Source: Lachnospiraceae bacterium | GTDB taxonomy: Bacteria; Bacillota; Clostridia; Lachnospirales; Lachnospiraceae | DNA: 64,000 bases | Direction: 5' to 3' | Assembly: GCA_024695145.1 (NCBI GenBank) | Contig: JAILIS010000039.1 | Location: 3,300-67,299, forward strand | Shown here: positions 55,897 to 64,000 of the stretch, one piece after another | Position numbering within the stretch: position 1 is the stretch's first letter | How the letters are laid out: every line of letters starts with the position of its first letter | Translations under genes and position numbers: made by a program | The notes under the pieces: generated by a model | What the model was told of the DNA's origin: nothing | The model's database searches: none | The model's input: only the letters and a program-made list of their open reading frames with translations

Positions 55897-56889
55897 TCAC
55901 CCCGAAATCACCGCCAATACTTTCTGCTCTATAAAATCAACCCTGTCAAAGATCCTCGGTTTGAATGTGCCGGTCATTCCTACGGATACATTCTTTTCTT
56001 TGTTTACATAGATGATATTTCCGCTGTCGCCGATAGCCGTATAAACCTCTCTGTCATCATAGGGTTTATACCATAAGTAGCAATAGTTCATGAAACCAAA
56101 CCGCTCATCCAGTTTAAGATAGGATTTTGTCATTTCTTTTATGTATTCTTCAGAGACGATCGTTTTGCCGTTATATATACCGCCGTTTAGCACCATGGCC
56201 CCTATCACTGCCATATCTCTTGCCGACATGCATAATCCCCAGCCTGCGGTCACGCTGCCCTGAGGATCAGTGTACCACTCATATTTTCTGGGATTTTTGT
56301 TCATGAAGAAATCAAACTGATCTTCCTTGGAACTGTCTCCGTGTGGTATTCGCTCAGGAAGTCCCAACGGCTCAAACAGATTCCTGTTGGCAAAATCAAT
56401 GCACTTCCGGCCGGTTGATCTCTCGATTATCCCTGTCAAAATCTGAATACCGAGCGTGGCATATCTGAACTTGCCGGTGATCCCTTTTCGCCCGCCGAGA
56501 TAATCCAATACCGCCAAAGTCCAGTCATCAGAGGTACATACATTCTTCCAAGGTTCCGATCTTCCTTTATACGGAGCCGTCATCGTGAGCAGATGCCTGA
56601 TCGTAACATCGTAGACGGTCTTCTCCCCGCGCTTTACATTGTAATCCGGAAAAAAGTCCATCACCTTCTGATCAACGCTCCCGATATAGCCATGATCCAG
56701 TGCTATACCGGCAAGCAGCCCCATCACACCTTTGGTCACGGAATTGACATTCATCGCATCCCGGGTCTTAAATCCATGCCAGCAATCATCATAAACGGCG
56801 GAACCGTCTTTGATCGCATATATCTGGCAGATGTTGCTCTCATTTCCGCTGCTTTTGCAAATAAGATCATGAAGTTGTTTTTTATCCAT
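55897..56889 (-). CDS. serine hydrolase, beta-lactamase (class C/PBP-like) family
   Basis: 330 aa with the SxxK motif NSVTKG. No signal peptide is obvious. Confidence 0.7.
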   Translation of the reverse strand: MDKKQLHDLICKSSGNESNICQIYAIKDGSAVYDDCWHGFKTRDAMNVNSVTKGVMGLLAGIALDHGYIGSVDQKVMDFFPDYNVKRGEKTVYDVTIRHLLTMTAPYKGRSEPWKNVCTSDDWTLAVLDYLGGRKGITGKFRYATLGIQILTGIIERSTGRKCIDFANRNLFEPLGLPERIPHGDSSKEDQFDFFMNKNPRKYEWYTDPQGSVTAGWGLCMSARDMAVIGAMVLNGGIYNGKTIVSEEYIKEMTKSYLKLDERFGFMNYCYLWYKPYDDREVYTAIGDSGNIIYVNKEKNVSVGMTGTFKPRIFDRVDFIEQKVLAVISG

Positions 56890-56969
56890 TATAAAAGCCT
56901 CCTCTCAGTACAGATCAGGACGTCCCAAGAAAAGGCTAATATGATTAAAAATCATTTTCAAGAAGAATC

Positions 56970-57863
56970 TTAAATCTGACTTGTATTACCCGAATATCTG
57001 TCCGGGGAGCTTATGCTTTCAATAAGTTCACGCGTCTCATCTTTAAACTCACGCGAACACGAAGTGTAAACAGCTACCGCCAGGAAGAACAGCATGTTGG
57101 TGTACCTTATCAGCATACTGATCTCTGTTGTATAAGAAGATAACAATTGACTTCCTATCAGATTACTGAACATATGCACAAGTGCCCCGGCGAGAATGCT
57201 CCTGTTAGTCTTGACGTACACGAATGATACAAAAACGCTCAACAGCATAACACTCGGGATGAACATTACCGCATGAAAAACAGAATCCTTCAGTAAGTTA
57301 TACTGTGCCTGACCGGGTGTAAAGTACCACGGAAGATGCCATATTGCCCATATGAATCCAAGTATCAGAGAGCCCCTAAGGAATCCAAACTTTATCAGAA
57401 GTCTGTCGAGTGCATAACCTCTCCAGCCAAACTCCTCATTGAGCGGACCGGAGATCAGCGAGATTAACAGGACGAGCAGAATATTCAGCGGATTTGCTGC
57501 TATCGCCTTGATATAATCCATTGTCGGCATATCAAATCCCAACAGGAAAACACCGGTCACTATGCTTACCGCTGACAGAAAAGTGAAAACCCCGATCGTT
57601 ATAAGAGGCCATTTCCATCCGGCCAGTTTGAAGCTGAAACAACGTCGGAAATAGTCTGCCCGTATATCTTTGGGGTATGTCAGAAAAACCAAAAACAAAG
57701 CCACGACCGATGGGGCTCCGCCACCGAAATAGAATATAAAAGTTCCTGCACCTGTTTCCGTAAACCCGAATATGACCGGAATAAATCCGCATATCCACGT
57801 CCATGCAAGCGTGACCGTAAAAAATACCATCAGATATTTTGTTGACATCCAGTTTTTCTTCAT
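56970..57863 (-). CDS. CPBP family intramembrane glutamic endopeptidase (CAAX/Abi)
   Basis: A multi-TM protein with the EEFGWRGY motif, FIWAIWH and HMFSN. Confidence 0.8.
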   Translation of the reverse strand: MKKNWMSTKYLMVFFTVTLAWTWICGFIPVIFGFTETGAGTFIFYFGGGAPSVVALFLVFLTYPKDIRADYFRRCFSFKLAGWKWPLITIGVFTFLSAVSIVTGVFLLGFDMPTMDYIKAIAANPLNILLVLLISLISGPLNEEFGWRGYALDRLLIKFGFLRGSLILGFIWAIWHLPWYFTPGQAQYNLLKDSVFHAVMFIPSVMLLSVFVSFVYVKTNRSILAGALVHMFSNLIGSQLLSSYTTEISMLIRYTNMLFFLAVAVYTSCSREFKDETRELIESISSPDRYSGNTSQI

Positions 57864-57927
57864 TGATTTTTCCTTCTTAACTGCCGTAGATCGATCTCAT
57901 TTTCTACACCTGCCTGTGACTACAGGC

Positions 57928-59697
57928 TCATATGGTCAGGAACAGATTGTTAAGGTTCAGCGTATTATCATACTTCGCCTCCTTAACAAGCCGCATTACC
58001 ATTTTGATACCGATGTGCGAATAAGGGTCATCATACTTGTACAGTTCATAATATCTTACAGGGTCAAAGCTTTGGCAGTCATCGCGGATACGGAACAGAG
58101 TGTCCTCATCGTTGACGATGATCCTTACGTCTATACTATGTGCTTTTCCGTCCGCAAATCCGTACCGGATGGTATTGTTCACCATCTCCTCTATCGCCAG
58201 GGCAATATACATCCCGGTTTTTCTTTCAAGCCCGCGCCTGCGACAAAAATCCGACGCGCTTTTCGACACTTCGACAACATCTTCCTGTTTTGTCACAACC
58301 CGGACAAACAGATCGTTTTCATCCGTTCCCCGTATTTCGGACATCATCAGAATATCATCTGATCTGTGAACGGGTTTTTTGTTTTTAACGGAAACATACA
58401 CAAATACAAAGAGGAGTGTAAGAACTTCGCCACAGGTTATGCTCAGCCATACCCCGGTGGCGCCGAGAAAAGATCCGAGTATCAGTGCGCTTATCGTCGT
58501 CATAATGAAGTTCTGCATCATACAGATGACCATGGTAAGCCCGGTGTGCCCTATTCCCTGATAATAATTCTTGAGCACGCCGTTTATAACACACGGGATA
58601 TACGACGGCACGACCAGTCTCATGCCCAGGGCAGCTATACCAACGACAGATACATCTTTTATAAAAATCATAGCGACAGGTTCTGCAGCGATCAGTATTA
58701 TGATATCAAATACCAGGTATATCGTGATCCCATAAGCAAGCAATGTCTTCACGGTCTCTTTGAGCGATCTTTTATCCTTATCCGCAAAGAACATCGAAGA
58801 AAGTGTCAGCGAAACGAAACTGACAGCCGAACCGATCGAAAACAGCGCGCTTCCAACCGCAGATGTGACAGAATAAGCTGCCACGGCAACAAAACCCCCG
58901 TAATATGTCAGCAGATTATTCCGAACCAACGGCAGGAGGACCAGACAGACCTGATTGACAAGAACCGGTGTGCCTTCCCTGAACATTGACAGGAAGACTG
59001 CTTTGTCAAGAAGCGATGCCCTGAATCTGAAAATGCAGTTCTTATCCAGGAAAAAGGATACCACAAACGCTATGGCGATATAGTGACTGAGCGCAGACGC
59101 AAGCCCCATTCCGAGCATACCGAACCTGAACACAAAAACATTTAACAGGTCAAACAAAACGTCGCCGATACTCATCGCGCCTATAGCTCCGAGCAGTCTT
59201 TTTCGTTTTCCCGCAATTTGCATAAACGGCACCATGATCTGTTGGAGCATGAGCGCAGGAGCGCCGAGAACAAACCCTCGTAAATAGTCCCGGGTCAATG
59301 TAAACACCGGGGCTTCCGCTGTGTCGGCTCCGACTCCGAGGAGTGTGCACAGCGGATCCGCAAAAATAAAAACAACAGCGATACCGATGACGGATATTAC
59401 GAGTGAGGCCGTGACCGCTGCGGTAAAGCATCTGTTCGTTCCTTTCCTGTCACCGACGCCCATTGTTCTTGCGCACAGAACCTGTGAACCGGCTCCGATC
59501 ATAGTACTTATCGCAGTAAATATAAGCACCATCGGAGAAGCATATCCGTATGCACTGATACCGTCAACTCCGAGGAAACGACCGATCACGATACTGTCTA
59601 TCAGCAGGCAGATCATACCAGTCACGGTTGATAATATCTGCGTAAGCATCATTTTTCTGATTATCGTTCTAATCATTGAAACATATCCTTTGTGCAC
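57928..59697 (-). CDS. MATE efflux transporter fused to a C-terminal SpoIIAB/RsbW-like GHKL domain
   Basis: The first ~450 aa form a 12-TM MATE core. The C-terminal ~135 aa have the N-box EEMVNNTIRY and a G1-like RIRDDCQSFDP. The G2 region is degenerate (SHIGIKM). The domain is similar to the stand-alone protein at 36930-37346. Confidence 0.7.
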   Translation of the reverse strand: MHKGYVSMIRTIIRKMMLTQILSTVTGMICLLIDSIVIGRFLGVDGISAYGYASPMVLIFTAISTMIGAGSQVLCARTMGVGDRKGTNRCFTAAVTASLVISVIGIAVVFIFADPLCTLLGVGADTAEAPVFTLTRDYLRGFVLGAPALMLQQIMVPFMQIAGKRKRLLGAIGAMSIGDVLFDLLNVFVFRFGMLGMGLASALSHYIAIAFVVSFFLDKNCIFRFRASLLDKAVFLSMFREGTPVLVNQVCLVLLPLVRNNLLTYYGGFVAVAAYSVTSAVGSALFSIGSAVSFVSLTLSSMFFADKDKRSLKETVKTLLAYGITIYLVFDIIILIAAEPVAMIFIKDVSVVGIAALGMRLVVPSYIPCVINGVLKNYYQGIGHTGLTMVICMMQNFIMTTISALILGSFLGATGVWLSITCGEVLTLLFVFVYVSVKNKKPVHRSDDILMMSEIRGTDENDLFVRVVTKQEDVVEVSKSASDFCRRRGLERKTGMYIALAIEEMVNNTIRYGFADGKAHSIDVRIIVNDEDTLFRIRDDCQSFDPVRYYELYKYDDPYSHIGIKMVMRLVKEAKYDNTLNLNNLFLTI

Positions 59698-60767
59698 AGT
59701 CTTTCATTCAGCTTTTGCCGTTCATATTGAAGTACATCAAGAGCATCGCTGTCGGAAGAAAACATCCCGGCCATATTACCGATGATCTCATCCGCTTTTT
59801 CAAGTATATCTTCCCCGTCTATCTTTACTCCGGAAAGGTCGTACAAGGCGGCTTTCTTGTGATCATCGATCGCCTTCTTCTGTAGTTCTGGAGTAAGAAC
59901 AAAGTCATCAAACGTCCACAGGTATTTTATGAGCAGATCCGTGAACTTCAGATCAAGGATGTCGACCCCAAGTGGTTCAAACGGATTGATATCAAACAGT
60001 CGCAGCTCAATATGGCTGATCCCGTTTTCAAAGTTTTCGACATGATTTTTTCCCTTTGGTTTTAATCGTACGGGAAGATAGAGCTCCGACAGCGAAAAGA
60101 GCGAACCGTTATCAATATAGTATTTAAGGCTTGAGACAAGATCATTCAGGTTATCATAATTCAGGACCGGTGTGAATTTATTCCAAAAGCCTGTTTCACT
60201 GTTGCGTATGGAGGAATAATCGCTTCTGACTATGCCTCTTTCTCCGTCGGCATATAAAGAACGGTCATATAATGGGCTTGCCGCCGTTAAGAGCAACAGA
60301 AGCCAGCTGTGCACATAAAGCTGCCTGTAAAGCTTAAGATAGTACTCCTGCCTGAATATTTTGTCGTCAAATGAAATATTAAAATGAACGCCCGAAAGAA
60401 GATATATTCTCTTTCCGTACTTTTCCCCGATCTTATTTCGATAGAGCGTCTTTTCGCGAAGAGGTCCCGAAAATTTTGCGATCAATATCTCGCTTTCATC
60501 TTCAAAATGCGGAGGATTACTGTACATCCACAGGCTTTCACCTGTTTTCGCAAGCTCATTGCGGACATACCCGTCAAGCTCTTTGAGCGATCCCATAAGC
60601 TTATCTATGCTGTCATATACAGGCGTAACGATCTCTAGATGATTCTCGCAAAAATCCTTTGTTATGCTATCGTTGCCGTCAAACGGGTGCGGCGTGGATG
60701 CAAGCCGCCCGTTGCAATCGATACGGAGCGTTTCACGCTCAAGTCCGTAATAACTTTTTAATAACAT
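59673..60767 (-). CDS. gshA: glutamate--cysteine ligase (short GshA-type)
   Basis: YYGLERETLRIDCNGRLASTPHPF parallels E. coli GshA GLERETLRV...G.LA.T.HP. LLSGVHFNISF parallels ISGVHYNFS. Confidence 0.7.
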   Translation of the reverse strand: MLLKSYYGLERETLRIDCNGRLASTPHPFDGNDSITKDFCENHLEIVTPVYDSIDKLMGSLKELDGYVRNELAKTGESLWMYSNPPHFEDESEILIAKFSGPLREKTLYRNKIGEKYGKRIYLLSGVHFNISFDDKIFRQEYYLKLYRQLYVHSWLLLLLTAASPLYDRSLYADGERGIVRSDYSSIRNSETGFWNKFTPVLNYDNLNDLVSSLKYYIDNGSLFSLSELYLPVRLKPKGKNHVENFENGISHIELRLFDINPFEPLGVDILDLKFTDLLIKYLWTFDDFVLTPELQKKAIDDHKKAALYDLSGVKIDGEDILEKADEIIGNMAGMFSSDSDALDVLQYERQKLNERLCTKDMFQ

Positions 60768-60859
60768 AGAATACCCCCTATGTCGGCTTCGACTTCGGAA
60801 GGCGGCTCTTCGTTATGATCAGGATCTTCTTCCTCCGGTTTAATAAAGATCCACTTCGA

Positions 60860-61333
60860 TCATGACTCATTAACCAGTTTTCCGGTCATATGCTCCGGGA
60901 TCAGTTCCAGACAATTCACACGAGGAAAAGCATTCGTAAGTTCCTTTTGGAGATATTCCTCATCGTCCGTAAACTTCCTACAGAGCATGGTGCAGATCTC
61001 ACGCTTTTTTTCTTCATCTTCCACGACGCGGATACGTCCAAACACGACAACGCTGTTAATGTTCAACGACCATTCCCCCTCTTTTCGGTATCCCTGATCG
61101 TACACGCAATAGCTTACTTTATCGCACTTTACTATCGCATCCATCTTATGGCCTTCCTTGGCTCCGTGAAAGTAAATGTGGCCGTCTTCCATATACAGAT
61201 GATTCATCGGGATCCCATACGGGTATCCATCATCACCAATCATGGAAAGAACGCCTCTCGGCTGCTCCTTAAGAACACGGATGCACTCTTCCTCACTGAT
61301 CTGCTGTTTAAATCGCCTCATTTCTCTAAACAT
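60860..61333 (-). CDS. pyridoxamine 5'-phosphate oxidase family (Nim-like flavin-binding) protein
   Basis: 157 aa. The call rests on MRRFKQQISEEECIRVLKE, DGYPYGIPMNH and the HIYFHGAKEGHK pattern. Confidence 0.7.
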   Translation of the reverse strand: MFREMRRFKQQISEEECIRVLKEQPRGVLSMIGDDGYPYGIPMNHLYMEDGHIYFHGAKEGHKMDAIVKCDKVSYCVYDQGYRKEGEWSLNINSVVVFGRIRVVEDEEKKREICTMLCRKFTDDEEYLQKELTNAFPRVNCLELIPEHMTGKLVNES

Positions 61334-61612
61334 ATCAACATCCTTCCTCGCTATCCATCACGAATTACAGGAATGCTCCTTAGTTGATTTTATATAAGAA
61401 TAATGTCCGGAAAGACTGTGTCCCTGCTCCGGCGAAACCGGATTCTGATTCCATTGGGATTCCTTTTGCTCGATGAATATAACGGTCGGACAGAAACAGA
61501 ACCGGTCCCTTTTCCCGCTGATCCTTCGCTTACATAATAGGACGGAACCCTCGCTATAACACAGGAGATATCAGGGATAAGGGAAACTGCGATGAGAGCC
61601 ATTTCACTGCCC

Positions 61613-62158
61613 TTAACACATAATATTAAGTGTCTTTTTCGCTCCCCTGCACCATTTCAGGTAGGCTTCATAAGTATCTATCCCAAATGTGACCGTCAGA
61701 TAGTAATAAACATGATCCTTCCGGTCCAGCACCTTTTCCAGGGTTTCTTTATATGTACGCAAAACTGCCAGATCCGCTCTCACCTGCTCCTCAAAGTATC
61801 CTATATTCCTAAGGGCAGTATCTTTGTCCTGCGCTCCGCCAAAATACAGTTTCAACAGAGTTTCATATTTCAGATCGTTTGTAGCCTGTTTTGCATTCAA
61901 CCAATCCTTTAGGGTATCTGTCCCTTTATCGGTAATGTGATACAGGATCTTTTCCCGTCTGCCTTCTGTCTCTGACCGGCGCTTTTTGACAAGCCCGGAC
62001 TTTTCCATATCAGAGAGCGCCGGATATATGTTTCCGAAGCTTCCTTTCCAGAAAAAACTGATCGCTCCGTCTATCCGCTTTTTAATGTCATATCCCGTCA
62101 GATCTTCATGAAACAAAAGACCCAGGATCACCAGATCAATTTTTCTGTCTTTAGCCAT
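61613..62158 (-). CDS. PadR family transcriptional regulator
   Basis: 181 aa. ILGLLFHEDLTGYDIKKRI and GNIYPALSDMEKSGLV form a PadR winged helix. Confidence 0.8.
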   Translation of the reverse strand: MAKDRKIDLVILGLLFHEDLTGYDIKKRIDGAISFFWKGSFGNIYPALSDMEKSGLVKKRRSETEGRREKILYHITDKGTDTLKDWLNAKQATNDLKYETLLKLYFGGAQDKDTALRNIGYFEEQVRADLAVLRTYKETLEKVLDRKDHVYYYLTVTFGIDTYEAYLKWCRGAKKTLNIMC

Positions 62159-62162
62159 ATTC

Positions 62163-62891
62163 TTATCTCCATTTCATCTTGTATTTCAGAACTCTTTGCG
62201 GGCATTCATCCACACAGGCCCCACACCCGATACATTCCGTACACTTCGAATTTATCCCTTCCGATACCATCTGTTTTACATCAAGACCCATAGGACAGGC
62301 TCTGCTGCATTTACCGCATGAGATACACTTATCCCGAGCCGCCTCTATATGAAGCTGTGGAATATGCAGCCATCTTCCCACGGTGCTTCCGATCACCATG
62401 AACGGTGCCATCCAGCAGATGTAATGACATGCTGCTCTGCGTCCATGGATTAGTGCCGGGAGCACAAGGATGAGTAACACACCATAGTATATCACATAGT
62501 TATATATACCGGAGATGGAGATGCCGTGATCCGTCATATAAAACGGATCAATGGTCACATCATTCTTACCGAGGATAAATGTAACGATGACGGCGATAAT
62601 CCAGATGATAAAGAGCACATACTTGATCCGGTTCCTTCCACCCTGCTTTGAAGGTTTGTTATTTATTCGGAGCACGCATTCCTGAACTCCCCCCGCCGGA
62701 CAGAGATGCCCGCACCACGCACGCCCGAAGAACATGGACAATACAAGCATTGATACAAACACGATGAAGCTGCCGTTCACGATATGCTCCGACGCGGCCT
62801 GGATGATCAGGTACGGCGAGAAATACCATATCGTTATAGGAAACAATAAAAAGGAAATGAAAATTATCGTTTTTCTGATTTTCTGTCTCAT
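62163..62891 (-). CDS. membrane-bound 4Fe-4S binding protein (NapH/MauN-like)
   Basis: It has TM helices with FGRAWCGHLCPAG. The C-terminus carries CISCGKCSRACP and CTECIGCGACVDECP. Confidence 0.75.
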   Translation of the reverse strand: MRQKIRKTIIFISFLLFPITIWYFSPYLIIQAASEHIVNGSFIVFVSMLVLSMFFGRAWCGHLCPAGGVQECVLRINNKPSKQGGRNRIKYVLFIIWIIAVIVTFILGKNDVTIDPFYMTDHGISISGIYNYVIYYGVLLILVLPALIHGRRAACHYICWMAPFMVIGSTVGRWLHIPQLHIEAARDKCISCGKCSRACPMGLDVKQMVSEGINSKCTECIGCGACVDECPQRVLKYKMKWR

Positions 62892-63169
62892 GATCCAACC
62901 TCCGACAATATATCGTTTTGATGTATCTGTTTGATATATTATCGGGGGTGCGGCATAATGTCAAGTACTTACTTCGGTTGATTGCAATAAAAGATCTCGC
63001 AAGATGGCCGGCCGGCTCTCTGTTATAAAACTTGAATTTGCAGATTTTGATTTATCGATGCCTGAAATTGCTCCTATTGGACGCTATGGGCATCGGAATT
63101 ATTGCAAAGCCTGTAATTATGCCCAAATCTACTGCATACCTATACTATGCGCTTGATCTGAACCTTTAC

Positions 63170-63212
63170 CCAAAAAGACAAAAAGAAAGAAGCTCCGACA
63201 AGAGCCTCTTTC
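63170..63212 (-). terminator. rho-independent terminator after the 63228 gene
   Basis: On the minus strand, GAAAGAGGCTC-ttgtcg-GAGCTTCTTTC (11 bp with one G-U pair) is followed by TTTTTGTCTTTTT. Confidence 0.75.
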
Positions 63213-63227
63213 AGTACCATTATATGA

Positions 63228-64000
63228 CTATTTGACGGTAATTGTTGTATTCAGGGCATCAGAACCTACAAAGTCCATCTTTATTGAGTGTTCCCCGTTT
63301 CCTAATGACTTCAAATACTCGTCAGTAAAAGTAATCGTAAACAATCCGTTTGGCAACCTTGTGATCTTGTAATACTTTCCGTTACCGGGAAGGCGCTTGC
63401 CGTTAACGTATACGTTTGCTAACGAGGTGTACAGCCTGCGGATAACCATAACGTGACCTGCGCCGCTATTCTTGTCATATACTGTTCCTGCAGGCGAGTA
63501 AACATCAATATCGGCCTGTATCATCATATCTTTGATAGAGTTGAATATCGCTTCGACAACAGCGGGATCGTTAAGATTCTGGACAGTTGGTGTCTGTTGT
63601 TCGGGCAAGGTTGTAACAACAGCGGTACTATGCCCCTCTTGCTCCTCTTGCTCATGTCGTTCCTGTCGTTCCTGTCGTTTCTGCATATCGATATATCTTT
63701 CGTAAGTGTTAACGGAAGGTGCATTATTGCTGCTGGTATTGGTAACATTTTCATCAACATTATCGTCAGGATCCGGACCTCCACTTAATGGTATTATCTC
63801 AAGAATGGTCAGTCCTGCGAGAAGTGACTTTACTCCATTTACATAATTTTTCAATACGCTATAGGTGGTTTGGGTACCGCCTGAATTGGGATCTCTGAAG
63901 GATTCCAGCTCATAATACGTATATGTATTGGGACATTCCCTCGCGGCGTCTGCTTTAGCTTCTGCAGACCATCCACTAAATTCCCTTTTTTGCTCATCCG
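63228..64000 (-). CDS. C-terminal part of a larger protein (open through the window end), unknown function
   Basis: The frame stays open upstream of the track's TTG start, reading ...DEQKREFSGWSAEAKADAARECPNTYTYYELESFRDPNSGG.... It contains a Q/E/R-rich linker and a C-terminal beta-rich module. Confidence 0.5.
   Translation of the reverse strand, partial: DEQKREFSGWSAEAKADAARECPNTYTYYELESFRDPNSGGTQTTYSVLKNYVNGVKSLLAGLTILEIIPLSGGPDPDDNVDENVTNTSSNNAPSVNTYERYIDMQKRQERQERHEQEEQEGHSTAVVTTLPEQQTPTVQNLNDPAVVEAIFNSIKDMMIQADIDVYSPAGTVYDKNSGAGHVMVIRRLYTSLANVYVNGKRLPGNGKYYKITRLPNGLFTITFTDEYLKSLGNGEHSIKMDFVGSDALNTTITVK
63635..63683. repeat. short tandem 9-nt repeats inside the coding sequence
   Basis: cctcttgct occurs twice (63635-63652). 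tcgttcctg occurs three times, the last copy with one mismatch (63657-63683). Together they encode RQERQERHEQEEQE. Confidence 0.7.

Noticed and set aside
57885-57925. Short hairpins downstream of several genes as terminators: GCCTGT-gact-ACAGGC near 57905-57920, TGATT-aaa-AATCA near 56940, and GAAAGC-ccg-GCTTTC near 31618-31632.
   Set aside because: The stems are 5-6 bp with no adjacent U tract on the relevant strand.
61390-61602. 70-aa minus-strand ORF in the padR/PNPOx spacer.
   Set aside because: It has no SD and an odd composition (Ser/Arg/Pro/Gly-rich), and it fits no family. I treated the region as non-coding.

Overview
The window looks like a chromosomal segment from a Gram-positive anaerobe. 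My guess is Clostridia, Oscillospiraceae or Lachnospiraceae-like, based on gene content, lipoboxes and AGGAGG-type Shine-Dalgarno (SD) sites. It is densely coding, and about 80% of the genes are on the minus strand. I saw no rRNA, tRNA, CRISPR array, transposase, integrase or phage genes.

The first ~19 kb is one co-directional minus-strand array. In transcription order it contains two tandem hybrid histidine kinases, dapL, a terminator, an amino-sugar operon (glmM, a GlmU-like acetyltransferase, nagB, glmS), purC-purB, and the F1Fo ATP synthase genes atpB-E-F-A-G-D. The first kinase has an N-terminal [FeFe]-hydrogenase-like domain. purA is divergent from this array.

The remainder mixes metabolism, transport and signalling:
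- Sulfur amino-acid genes metY-cysK behind a structured leader.
- Transporters: an ECF S component, two MATE pumps, BioY, MscS, a cation diffusion facilitator (CDF) transporter, FeoA-FeoA-FeoB, and a minimal K+ channel.
- c-di-GMP enzymes.
- A lipid kinase/patatin/SPFH neighbourhood.
- An OhrR-Gpx peroxide module.
- A six-gene operon of three lipoproteins, a 7TM pseudo-kinase, a histidine kinase and a LuxR-type regulator.

The observations most worth follow-up are:
1. The hydrogenase-like (putative H2/redox-sensing) hybrid kinase, paired with a second hybrid kinase that carries an Hpt domain.
2. An ATP synthase alpha subunit fused to only the C-terminal half of delta, with no separate atpH.
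3. An HTH-GlmM fusion heading an amino-sugar operon that lacks a glmS ribozyme and co-encodes NagB.
4. A promoter-proximal intrinsic terminator in the purA leader.
5. A small secreted protein whose C-terminus resembles domain 4 of cholesterol-dependent cytolysins.
6. A small SpoIIAB/RsbW-like ATPase domain found twice next to or fused to membrane transporters.
7. The uncharacterised lipoprotein/pseudo-kinase/two-component operon.
8. Twin TTAGC-N4-GCTAA palindromes at a consensus feo promoter.

All family assignments come from reading motifs by eye. None was confirmed by a database search.
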